From Cuniculiplasma divulgatum (GTDB lineage: Archaea > Thermoplasmatota > Thermoplasmata > Thermoplasmatales > Thermoplasmataceae): DNA of 32,000 bases. Shown piece after piece: positions 9,215-16,807 of this stretch (positions within the stretch are counted from its first letter, which is position 1; every line of letters starts with the position of its first letter). The stretch covers positions 1,770,001 to 1,802,000 of the forward strand of contig NZ_LT671858.1 in the NCBI RefSeq assembly GCF_900083515.1. The letters run 5' to 3'. The position numbers were made by a program, and so were the translations under genes. The notes beneath the pieces are model-generated. The model was not told the DNA's origin. It did not search any database and was given only the letters and a program-made list of their open reading frames with translations.

Positions 9215-9660
9215 GCACAGATATAGGAGAAATGTTGAATGAAAAACTGAATAATCCTGAATCCAGAAAAGCTGTAGAATATCTTCTGGAAAATGCGGGA
9301 ACTTTATCCGGCATTGTTGAGTGGATTAAAACAATGGAAGATACGGGCATGGCAGAATCTCTAAAAGGCCTGATTTACCTTGTGGCTAATATGCGGGGTA
9401 TCCTTACAGACGATATGTTAAATGGCATTTCCACAATTCTCAACTCACTTTTGGAGATTCTTGCAAAGGTATCTGATCCGCACATTGCTGATAGTATGGT
9501 GGGTCTAATAGACGATATTTCTTCTGGAAAACTTTCGAAGGAACCTAAAATTCATGGAACTTTAAGTTTATTGGGAGAATTGAAAGATCCAGAGGTTGAA
9601 TCTGGACTCGCGGTGACTATTAATATGCTTAAGATTTTGGGAAAACTTGGTAGAAGTTAA
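9211..9660 (+). CDS. DUF1641-like protein, partner of the SQR/NDH-2-like flavoprotein
   Basis: The start overlaps the upstream stop (ATGA), which implies translational coupling. The C-terminal LLGELKDPEVESGLAVTINMLKILGKLG resembles the DUF1641 signature (l..l.DP.v.+gl...l..l+.lG). The protein is helical and acidic. Confidence 0.7.
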   Translation: MSTDIGEMLNEKLNNPESRKAVEYLLENAGTLSGIVEWIKTMEDTGMAESLKGLIYLVANMRGILTDDMLNGISTILNSLLEILAKVSDPHIADSMVGLIDDISSGKLSKEPKIHGTLSLLGELKDPEVESGLAVTINMLKILGKLGRS

Positions 9661-9685
9661 TTGGCTGTTCAAGATTTACTTTATT

Positions 9686-10042
9686 TTACTTCTTACATTT
9701 TAAATGTTCCTGAAGGCCATTCAATTTAAGGAGTTCAAAAGAAATATCTGGTAGGGTATTTATTATATTCTTAATTATCGGGAATTTTTCCGGGTTTAAT
9801 GAATAGTACACCCACTGTGCCTGCTTCCTTTCTTTTACGATACCTGAAGACTTTAATTTTGCGAGATGCTGCGAAACATTTGATTGGGATAACCCAAGAA
9901 TAGCGGTCAATTCACAGACGCATAGTTCCTGCCTGCTGATCAACGATGTAATATGCAGCCTATTAGGGTCTCCAAGAATTTTCATAATGTTAGCCAGTGA
10001 CGATATATCCGAACTAATATTATCCGGTATCATATTACTCAA
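9686..10042 (-). CDS. ArsR/SmtB-family metalloregulator with an arsenite-type CVC site
   Basis: LGDPNRLHITSLISRQELCVCELTAILGLSQSNVSQHLAKLKSSGIVKERKQAQWVYYSL closely parallels the ELCVCDL...S.HL..L...G motif of plasmid R773 ArsR. It overlaps the upstream fmdE-like gene by 8 nt. Confidence 0.9.
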   Translation of the reverse strand: MSNMIPDNISSDISSLANIMKILGDPNRLHITSLISRQELCVCELTAILGLSQSNVSQHLAKLKSSGIVKERKQAQWVYYSLNPEKFPIIKNIINTLPDISFELLKLNGLQEHLKCKK

Positions 10043-10649
10043 TCACATTCTTGAATATAATATCCGTTCTTATTCCCTTATTGGTATAGGGCACCTCTAT
10101 CCATTTATATTCAATTCTTGTTGAATGATAATGCTCCTCTGGCTTTGTTTTTAACAGGGTGTTTTCTATCCACTCGTCCTGTAAAGCTTTCAATGCGTTA
10201 AGTTTTTGTGGTAGTTCATCCGAATTAGCTGAGTTTAGATCCGATTCTGCCTGCAATATCTCTTTATTAAAAAACCCAGGGTCTTCTTTAACTTCCACCG
10301 TTTCTCCGGTTGAAATCCTCTGAACTATGTACCACACTCCTGCCTGTTCTCTTACATCCTGTGTCCCAAACCTTACTCTTGCTCCAGTAAGATAAGAGGC
10401 TGCATCTCCAAGACATGGACTATTCCTTGAAATTGATCTCAAATCTGTTCGATCGATTATGGCACCACGAAACAGATCTCCTAATGCTACAGATAATGCA
10501 TACACCCCTCTGTACAATCCATCACACGCATGACCATGGAACTTTACAAGATCTTCAAAACTAATTTCTTTAGCCTGTTTGCTGTATCTACCATGGCTAG
10601 ATTCTGTGTCTAGAACTTTGAATGATGGTAAATTATTTTTGTACATCAA
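10035..10649 (-). CDS. FmdE/FwdE-domain family protein of unknown function; the window contains no methanogenesis genes
   Basis: FHGHACDGLYRG matches the family's HGH.CPG...G motif. NSPCLGDAASYLTGARVRFGT matches its C..D.....TG...G motif. There is no C-terminal CxxC zinc finger. Confidence 0.65.
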   Translation of the reverse strand: MMYKNNLPSFKVLDTESSHGRYSKQAKEISFEDLVKFHGHACDGLYRGVYALSVALGDLFRGAIIDRTDLRSISRNSPCLGDAASYLTGARVRFGTQDVREQAGVWYIVQRISTGETVEVKEDPGFFNKEILQAESDLNSANSDELPQKLNALKALQDEWIENTLLKTKPEEHYHSTRIEYKWIEVPYTNKGIRTDIIFKNVIE

Positions 10650-10660
10650 TCCACCACTAT

Positions 10661-11020
10661 TCAGAATGATAGGACAGTATATCCTTCAACCGCATATCTG
10701 GAAAAAGCATCTCTTGCGAATTCTAGATCTATTCCATTTCTGGAGAATGTGTCTTCCATTTTCCAGTTCTTGACCTGATTTGAACACGCTTCTATGGAGA
10801 TTCCAGACTCTCTTAATTCCTTAATTAGTTCAAGCATTTCGTTATTATCTTCCCCTTTTTCAAGAGCTCTTACTCCACCCGTGAAAAGGAATAACTCCAC
10901 TCTTTCTACGCCATTTTCTTCCCTGGCTTCATCAATTCTTTTTGCCACGTGAAGACCAGCCATTACTTTATCTCGCTGGTCCAGTCCTGAAATTATGACT
11001 ATTGCTATTTTAGCTCCCAT
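10661..11020 (-). CDS. DsrE/DsrF-like small sulfur-relay-fold protein
   Basis: The 119-aa protein starts KIAIVIISGLDQRDKVMAGLHVA (Rossmann-like start), continues VELFLFTGGVRAL, and has a single conserved-looking Cys in IEACSNQV. It lies 11 nt upstream of the fmdE-like gene on the same strand. Confidence 0.7.
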   Translation of the reverse strand: MGAKIAIVIISGLDQRDKVMAGLHVAKRIDEAREENGVERVELFLFTGGVRALEKGEDNNEMLELIKELRESGISIEACSNQVKNWKMEDTFSRNGIDLEFARDAFSRYAVEGYTVLSF

Positions 11021-11034
11021 TATATTACCTAATG

Positions 11035-11052
11035 AGTATATGCTAATATACT
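11035..11052. promoter_or_regulatory. 7-4-7 inverted repeat AGTATAT-GCTA-ATATACT overlapping the putative TATA region of the dsrE-like/fmdE-like/arsR operon; candidate operator
   Basis: The arms are a perfect reverse complement, read directly from the sequence. It lies 15-32 nt upstream of the dsrE-like ATG at 11020 on the minus strand. Minus-strand reading: TTAGTATATTAGCATATACTCATTAGGTAATATA-ATG. Confidence 0.3.
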
Positions 11053-11190
11053 AATTAAACCTTCTTTAATGGGATGAAATTTTGAGATTTCCTCCATTTT
11101 TGTCTAAAATAGATAAGAAGATTCGATACGAAGTAAAATGGATGTAATGAAGTTCAATTTCTGATTTCTATGTAAAAACTCTGTTTAAAA

Positions 11191-11263
11191 TGGGGCTGCC
11201 CGGATTTGGACCGGAGTCTCAGGCTCCCAAAGCCCGTAGGATACCAAGCTACCCCACAGCCCC
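11191..11263 (-). tRNA. tRNA-Pro (anticodon UGG)
   Basis: I folded it by hand on the minus strand. The acceptor stem GGGGCUG/CAGCCCC has 7 perfect pairs, and the discriminator is A. The D-arm is GGGU-AGCUUGGUA-UCCU. The anticodon stem CGGGC/GCCUG carries the loop UU-UGG-GA, with G37 as expected for Pro. The variable region is AGAC, and the T-arm is UCCGG-UCCAAAU-CCGGG. No CCA is encoded. A TTTT run follows the 3' end. Confidence 0.9.
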
Positions 11264-11283
11264 ATAGTAAGGGAGAGTTTACG

Positions 11284-11295
11284 AATAAATAAAAA
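11284..11295 (-). promoter_or_regulatory. Candidate TATA box (TTTTTATTTATT on the minus strand) for tRNA-Pro
   Basis: This AT-rich TATA-like element lies 21-32 nt upstream of the mature tRNA 5' end, which is the usual archaeal spacing. Confidence 0.35.
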
Positions 11296-11409
11296 GTTAA
11301 CTACGAGCAATGCCAAATTTGATGAATTGAGATAACAGTTAAAATGGAGTTGATATTGGTGTGAATAATATACGAAGTTTTTTCTTTAGTGCTAAGATAA
11401 CCAGTAATC

Positions 11410-12639
11410 GTGCTTTCCGAGAATAGGATAGAGAGAGGTTTTAATTTTTTGCTGCTTTCAAGAGCAGTTAGAAGTGGCGCGCTAAGCTTTTCCGCGATTG
11501 CCTATCCACTGTATCTAAAGATCCTGGGATTCAGTAACCTCTATGTGGGTTTTCTTACTGGATTTGTCGTAGTATTTACCGTGATCCAGACTATGATTCT
11601 TGGTGTTCTGGGTGATCGGATTGGTTATAAATATTCAATGATAATTGGAGAAATATTTCCCCTTATTTCAACAGCTGTGCTCTTTTTTGTGACCTCAGGA
11701 CCGCTAATTTATCTTTCAGTAATAGGTGGAATTGCAGGAGGCCCTGGCGGTATGAGAGGTGCTTTTTCCCCAGGATCAACAGCACTTGTGGCTAAAAACT
11801 GGAAAGAACCTAACGATAGAGTGAAGAAACTTGGACTGATGACAACTGTTGGGTCCATATTTGCTGTCGTGGGAGGTGTGATGGTTATAAGCAGAAGTGA
11901 TGTATCAAGTTTTGTAGGAAATGCTGGATCCTACAGGACTCTTTTCGGAATTAGCTTTATTCTGGTTCTGATATCATTTATATCACTCTTTCTTGTTGCT
12001 GAAAGAAAGTCAGAAAAGAAAAAAACAGGTTTCGTTGGGAAAGGTTCGGTTAGACATATAGGAAAAACTGTTTTTGCTAATGCATTCAACGGTGCTGGGA
12101 TAGGAATATCAATGCCCATACTTTCATTATGGTTTTCAGAGATGTATCCATCATCCACAACAACCATAATCGGAATTGTATTCACAATATCATATATATC
12201 AACTGCAATAGGTTCATACATTTCGTCAATATACAGGAAAAGAGGGGAAAAAGCAGCAAAGATTGGTTCCTATGGAAGAATGCTTCAGGGGTTGCTGATG
12301 ATTCCACTTGCCCTTTCACCATATTTTTATATTGCCGGAATTTTTTATATATTCCGGGCGGGAATAGCAGGTTTTGGATTACCATCCAGGAGCAACATTA
12401 ATGTAAGTGGGTTGAAAGAAGGTGATTATGGTGCTGGAACTGGATTACAGGCAAGTGCTGCAAGAATCGCACAAACTACTTCTGGAGCTTCTGGAGCGCT
12501 GATGGATGTATATCTGCCATTACCGGAAATAGCTGGCGGTATAATTCAGTTCCTCGCTGGTGTAGCATATTACGATCTTTTTGCACGAAAAAAGAAACCT
12601 GAAGTTGATGAGATTATTCAACGACCTTCAGATAAATGA
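11410..12639 (+). CDS. MFS transporter
   Basis: The protein has about 12 hydrophobic segments. The loop 2-3 motif GVLGDRIGYK resembles the MFS G..aDR.GR+ motif. There is a central hydrophilic loop (ERKSEKKKTGF). The start is GTG. Confidence 0.8.
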   Translation: MLSENRIERGFNFLLLSRAVRSGALSFSAIAYPLYLKILGFSNLYVGFLTGFVVVFTVIQTMILGVLGDRIGYKYSMIIGEIFPLISTAVLFFVTSGPLIYLSVIGGIAGGPGGMRGAFSPGSTALVAKNWKEPNDRVKKLGLMTTVGSIFAVVGGVMVISRSDVSSFVGNAGSYRTLFGISFILVLISFISLFLVAERKSEKKKTGFVGKGSVRHIGKTVFANAFNGAGIGISMPILSLWFSEMYPSSTTTIIGIVFTISYISTAIGSYISSIYRKRGEKAAKIGSYGRMLQGLLMIPLALSPYFYIAGIFYIFRAGIAGFGLPSRSNINVSGLKEGDYGAGTGLQASAARIAQTTSGASGALMDVYLPLPEIAGGIIQFLAGVAYYDLFARKKKPEVDEIIQRPSDK

Positions 12640-12703
12640 TAAGGGATAAAAATATTAAAGCATCTTTTTGCCTTAACTTAGACCCTTAACAACTTATAAA
12701 AGA

Positions 12704-14371
12704 ATGGAATATGGAATTATGGACCCTTTTGAACCAGTAAATATAGGAGACTTGACGGTGAAAAATAGGTTTGTTATGGCACCCATGATTTCTAATCTGG
12801 CTGATCCAAACGGTTTCACCAATGAAATTCACACTTCTTATCTAGAACAGAGAGCAATAGGTGGATTTGGGATGATTGTTACTGAGTATTCATATATAGA
12901 CTCACCCATGAGCAGGGGATCTAGAAATGAGCTTTCCTTTGTTTCCTACGATCAGGCACCCAGATTGAAAAGACTCACAGAGAGAATTCATTCCCATGGT
13001 ACGAAAGTGTTTGCACAGCTGGTGCATGCTGGAGGCAAGGCTCTTGCAGAGTACTCAGAAAACCCAAGAGCACCATCTTCCATGCCGTACCTTGGCAGGG
13101 AGACCGATGAACTTACCGTGGAACAGATAGAAGATATTGAAAATTCGTTTCTTAAGGCAGCGAAAATAGCCGAGAAATCTAACTTTGATGGAATTGAACT
13201 CCATGGTGCACACGCATATTTGATACAGGAATTCCTGTCCCCTTCGCTGAATAAGAGGAAAGACAGGTATGGAAATGATTTTGCAGGTAGATTAAGATTC
13301 CCCCAGGAAATAATAGACCTTATAAGAAAGGAAACTGGCCTAAAGATTGGTATCAGGCTCAGCCTTTATGAAGATGAGGAAGATGGGTATGATTCTGATT
13401 ATGGACTTAAAATAGCCAATTCTCTGAAAAATTTAGATTATGTTCATTTCTCCGCTGGTAGGACAGCCCCGCCCGGTTCTTCGGCCTCATATTATTCTGA
13501 GAGAAATCATATTGGTAATAGCCTAAAGAAGAAACCAGATATAACAACAATAATGGTTGGGTCAATTGTTGATATTGAATCCGTAAGAAAGGCTCTTGAA
13601 AAGAGTGATTTGGTTGCCATAGGCAGGGCTGCACTGGCAGATCCCTACTTTCCACTTAAGCTAAAAGCTGGCATGATGCCAAGACCATGTATCAGATGCA
13701 ATCAGGCCTGCAGAGATTTTGGATTTGGACAGGTAAGATGCACTGTCAATCCAATAACAGGAAATGAAACCTATTACCATGCTGAACATATCACAGGACA
13801 TGTAAAAATAGCAGGTGCAGGTGTCGCAGGGATGGAAGCTGCAATATATCTAGCTAGAGCAGGAATGGATGTAGAGATCAGTGAATCAGATGACAAAATA
13901 GGGGGCCAGATCAATGAAATAGATGACCCCTCAAAGAGAAAAGAGTTTATGGAATTGTTAAATTTTTACAGGCAGGAGATAAAAAGACTCAGAATAAGAG
14001 TTAATTTCAACAAGAGAGTGTCAGAAAAAGATGTAGATATCTTTCTAGCAGGGGGAGACAGGTATGAGAATATAAAAGAGAATGATGATGTATTCATTGA
14101 TTCAAATATTTACAAGAATCTTGACCAGGCACTTAACATCGCTAAAAGATGCCGGGTATATATTACAGAGAGGAGTCTCACTTCTCTGGACAGACATAGA
14201 CAGATGGTGTACAGGCAGATGGCAGAGAGCAGGGGAATTATATTTGTAAAAGAACCTGATCAGAGATTCAAGTCAAGTAGTATAGAAAGGTTTCAGTACG
14301 ACATATATGGGGCAGCCACAAGGGGAATTACAGCCGCAAGGGATTATATTCGACTTAAATCAGTGCTTTAG
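12704..14371 (+). CDS. NADH:flavin oxidoreductase of the Old Yellow Enzyme / 2,4-dienoyl-CoA reductase (FadH)-like family
   Basis: The OYE TIM-barrel motifs are FEPVNIGDLTVKNRFVMAPM and HGAHAYLIQEFLSPSLNKRKDRYG. The Fe-S linker CIRCNQACRDFGFGQVRCTVNP resembles the FadH C..CN.AC....C motif. A dinucleotide fold follows: KIAGAGVAGMEAAIYLARAGMDVEISE...GGQ. At 555 aa, the C-terminal part is shorter than in typical FadH. Confidence 0.85.
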   Translation: MEYGIMDPFEPVNIGDLTVKNRFVMAPMISNLADPNGFTNEIHTSYLEQRAIGGFGMIVTEYSYIDSPMSRGSRNELSFVSYDQAPRLKRLTERIHSHGTKVFAQLVHAGGKALAEYSENPRAPSSMPYLGRETDELTVEQIEDIENSFLKAAKIAEKSNFDGIELHGAHAYLIQEFLSPSLNKRKDRYGNDFAGRLRFPQEIIDLIRKETGLKIGIRLSLYEDEEDGYDSDYGLKIANSLKNLDYVHFSAGRTAPPGSSASYYSERNHIGNSLKKKPDITTIMVGSIVDIESVRKALEKSDLVAIGRAALADPYFPLKLKAGMMPRPCIRCNQACRDFGFGQVRCTVNPITGNETYYHAEHITGHVKIAGAGVAGMEAAIYLARAGMDVEISESDDKIGGQINEIDDPSKRKEFMELLNFYRQEIKRLRIRVNFNKRVSEKDVDIFLAGGDRYENIKENDDVFIDSNIYKNLDQALNIAKRCRVYITERSLTSLDRHRQMVYRQMAESRGIIFVKEPDQRFKSSSIERFQYDIYGAATRGITAARDYIRLKSVL

Positions 14372-15115
14372 ATTATTCTTCTCCCCTAGAATTCTCCTTT
14401 CCCTCCTCTCCTTATAATTTTCAACTTCTTCCCTTTCTTCATGAGATAATTCGATTTTTTCCTGTTCGATAGATAATATGAATTCAGGCGGAATTTCGGT
14501 TGTTAGATAAACCTCTTTTGAGGCCCTGTAAACCGGTATTTTCTTCCTTAGTTCGTCGGTATTTATACCTATGACCAAAGGATCATCTACGTGGAATAGT
14601 CCTGTTACATACGTTTTCCTGAATGTGGAAGAGAGATGTATATACGTCTTGTCAGAAGGGCTAATCCCTGTTTCCCTGATTAGTGAAAACTCTTCTTCTG
14701 TGGTCTGGTAATAAAGTATGTCAGGTATATCGTCAACTGGAAGATCATCAAGAATCACTGGGATAGTATGATCGTATGTTGCTCTTATTTCTCCCCTTTC
14801 ATTCACCTGATATCGCCCCCTTTCATCAGTTTTACCAAGTGCTTCTATATGAATTGGCGCCAACCATCCAAATTTTCTTCTCTGAGTCTTTATTGCTGGG
14901 ACTATAGAATAAATTTTTGCATAACCATTTTTTGATAACTTTATTCCATAATTTTCTGGAAAATGTCTAAGGATTCCAGCAAGAATTCTACCAATTGCAT
15001 CCACCTCGTCTGGATACATCAGGTTTCGTCCCTCCTGTCCACACTTCGGACACTCAAACCCTCTGTAAAAACCATCAATTGGGCATACCCTCAGATTCTT
15101 TTCCAATCTAATCAC
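14360..15115 (-). CDS. kptA: RNA 2'-phosphotransferase (Tpt1/KptA family); start uncertain
   Basis: Tpt1-like blocks are ILAGILRHFPENYGIKLSKNGYAKI (LS..LRH.P), GRYQV...IRATYDHT (kRF...irA.qGHS), LYYQTT (LYHGT) and YIHLSS (VHLS). The track ORF extends to 15187 but would overlap prs by 80 nt. A GTG at 15115-15113 overlaps the prs stop (GTGATTAG). A TTG at 15106 or the ATG at 15019 are alternative starts. Confidence 0.75.
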   Translation of the reverse strand: MIRLEKNLRVCPIDGFYRGFECPKCGQEGRNLMYPDEVDAIGRILAGILRHFPENYGIKLSKNGYAKIYSIVPAIKTQRRKFGWLAPIHIEALGKTDERGRYQVNERGEIRATYDHTIPVILDDLPVDDIPDILYYQTTEEEFSLIRETGISPSDKTYIHLSSTFRKTYVTGLFHVDDPLVIGINTDELRKKIPVYRASKEVYLTTEIPPEFILSIEQEKIELSHEEREEVENYKERRERRILGEKNNLKH

Positions 15116-15962
15116 CAGTGATGAAATCTGATAGTTTCCGGGATACATTAATCTTACTATAACTTGACTTAATTGTATCTGTGACAACTAATTCTGCACA
15201 CTCTGCAGCGATTTTTCTGGCCGAATCGTTTATAAATAGGCCGTGGGTTGCTGATACAAACACGGCTGAGGCCCCAGAATTTTTTATAATCTCCATTGAT
15301 CTCAGGATTGTTCCACCTGTAGAAATGATATCGTCTACGAGCAATACCCTCATTCCTGATGCATCTAAATGATCCATGTTATATTCCACAGTCGTTGCGT
15401 CTATTCTCTTTTTATTCATGAATCCGCTTTTACATCCAAGGATGTCCGCAACCTCCTTTGCTCTAAAGAATGCACCATCATCAGGAGCCATGACAAGATC
15501 TATATTTTTTTCCTTAAAATAATCTGCTATGCTTGCTGATGCATGAAAATCTCTGCATTTACTTTTTGAGTACCTGAACGAGGATGTATCATGAATATCA
15601 ATGGTGATTATTTCATCTGCATATTCCGATATGGAAGATATAAGGACTTTTGCGGATATTGCCTCACCTTTCTTGTAGATCATATGCTGCCTGGCATATC
15701 CAAAATAGGGTATCACCGCAATCAATTTAGATGGATGTTCCTCCCTTGCAGCATCAAGCAGGAATGACAGTTCAAGTATATCAGAATCAATGTTAGTATT
15801 TCCAACAACAGCAACCTCTCTGTCACCAAGATCCTCCAGTAACCTGAAATATCTTTCTCCATCAGGGAATACTTTGCGTTCAACCTCCACTTCTTTCATT
15901 GAACTGCTGGTCATCATGTTTTTTGCAAATTCACCGGTTCTGGAGGTTGAAACTATATACAT
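15108..15962 (-). CDS. prs: Ribose-phosphate pyrophosphokinase (PRPP synthetase)
   Basis: FPDGERYFRL near the N-terminus, the YFGYARQ motif and the PRPP-binding loop VLLVDDIISTGGTI. Confidence 0.9.
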   Translation of the reverse strand: MYIVSTSRTGEFAKNMMTSSSMKEVEVERKVFPDGERYFRLLEDLGDREVAVVGNTNIDSDILELSFLLDAAREEHPSKLIAVIPYFGYARQHMIYKKGEAISAKVLISSISEYADEIITIDIHDTSSFRYSKSKCRDFHASASIADYFKEKNIDLVMAPDDGAFFRAKEVADILGCKSGFMNKKRIDATTVEYNMDHLDASGMRVLLVDDIISTGGTILRSMEIIKNSGASAVFVSATHGLFINDSARKIAAECAELVVTDTIKSSYSKINVSRKLSDFITGD

Positions 15963-16027
15963 ATGTGCCGAATGTCATTTTTTTATAAATATATATTTGA
16001 ATTTGCTAGACCACACTACTCAATATT

Positions 16028-16771
16028 CTATTTATTGAGAAAAGCTTTAAGGAGTTCCTTAGTTGTTGTGTTTTGAGTTAGTTTTATAAAGGACTCTTCT
16101 TCTGCCTTCATATCCTCTGACGGATTAAAATTTAATGATCTCCTCATGGATTTCTTTATTGCTACTATTGTCGCACTATCCTTAGATGCAATTTTTCTTG
16201 CAATTTCAAGCATCTCTTCCCTGGTCCTTACGGTTTCCTGTATTATCCCTCTTTCTTTTGCCTCCTTGGCTGAAATTATATTACCAGTGAGCGCAAGATA
16301 CATTGCATTTTTATACCCCACTTCCCTCGGAAGTATAGTGTTTCCTCCAGCCCCTGCATTTATTCCAATATTAACTTCAGGCTGTCCTATCCTTGACTTC
16401 TCATCTGCTATGATCATATCTGACCATTGAGCTATTTCAAAACCGCCACCGAGCGAAAACCCGGTTAGATATGAGATAAATATTTTGTCAGAATTGATCA
16501 TTTCACTAACAATATTGGACATTTTTTCCCTGAAGGAAATAGCAAGAGCGGTATTCATCTTTAATAGTTCATTTATATCAGCTCCAACCGAGAAGTCACC
16601 ACTGCTGGAATCGATTATAATCACTTTCAGATTCTCATCTTCTTCTATAACTCTAATGGCTTTTAACAGCTCTTCCAGTAATTCCTGGTTAATGGCATTT
16701 CTCTTTTCCTTTCTTGAAAGTGAAATTTCTCCAATGGTGTCATTTTTAGATATATCTATCATATTGATCAA
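16028..16771 (-). CDS. Enoyl-CoA hydratase/isomerase (crotonase superfamily)
   Basis: RKEKRNAINQELLEEL, FSVGADINEL, the oxyanion-hole segment GFSLGGGFEIAQWSDMIIA and GQPEVNIGI. Confidence 0.85.
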   Translation of the reverse strand: MINMIDISKNDTIGEISLSRKEKRNAINQELLEELLKAIRVIEEDENLKVIIIDSSSGDFSVGADINELLKMNTALAISFREKMSNIVSEMINSDKIFISYLTGFSLGGGFEIAQWSDMIIADEKSRIGQPEVNIGINAGAGGNTILPREVGYKNAMYLALTGNIISAKEAKERGIIQETVRTREEMLEIARKIASKDSATIVAIKKSMRRSLNFNPSEDMKAEEESFIKLTQNTTTKELLKAFLNK

Positions 16772-16807
16772 CTAAGGAAAACTATTATCTCAATGGCTTT
16801 AATCTTT

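Noticed and set aside
11135-11345. C/D-box sRNA-like fragments flanking the tRNA (TGATGA at 11320-11325; AATGAAG...CTGA near 11150-11175)
   Set aside because: The box order and spacing do not give a C-D'-C'-D arrangement with 10-12 nt guides, and the terminal D box CUGA is missing at the right distance.
11021-11409. tRNA-Pro as a possible integration hotspot for a mobile element or genomic island
   Set aside because: There is no integrase or transposase, no direct repeat of the tRNA 3' end, and no phage or plasmid genes in the flanks. The neighbours are ordinary metabolic and transport genes.
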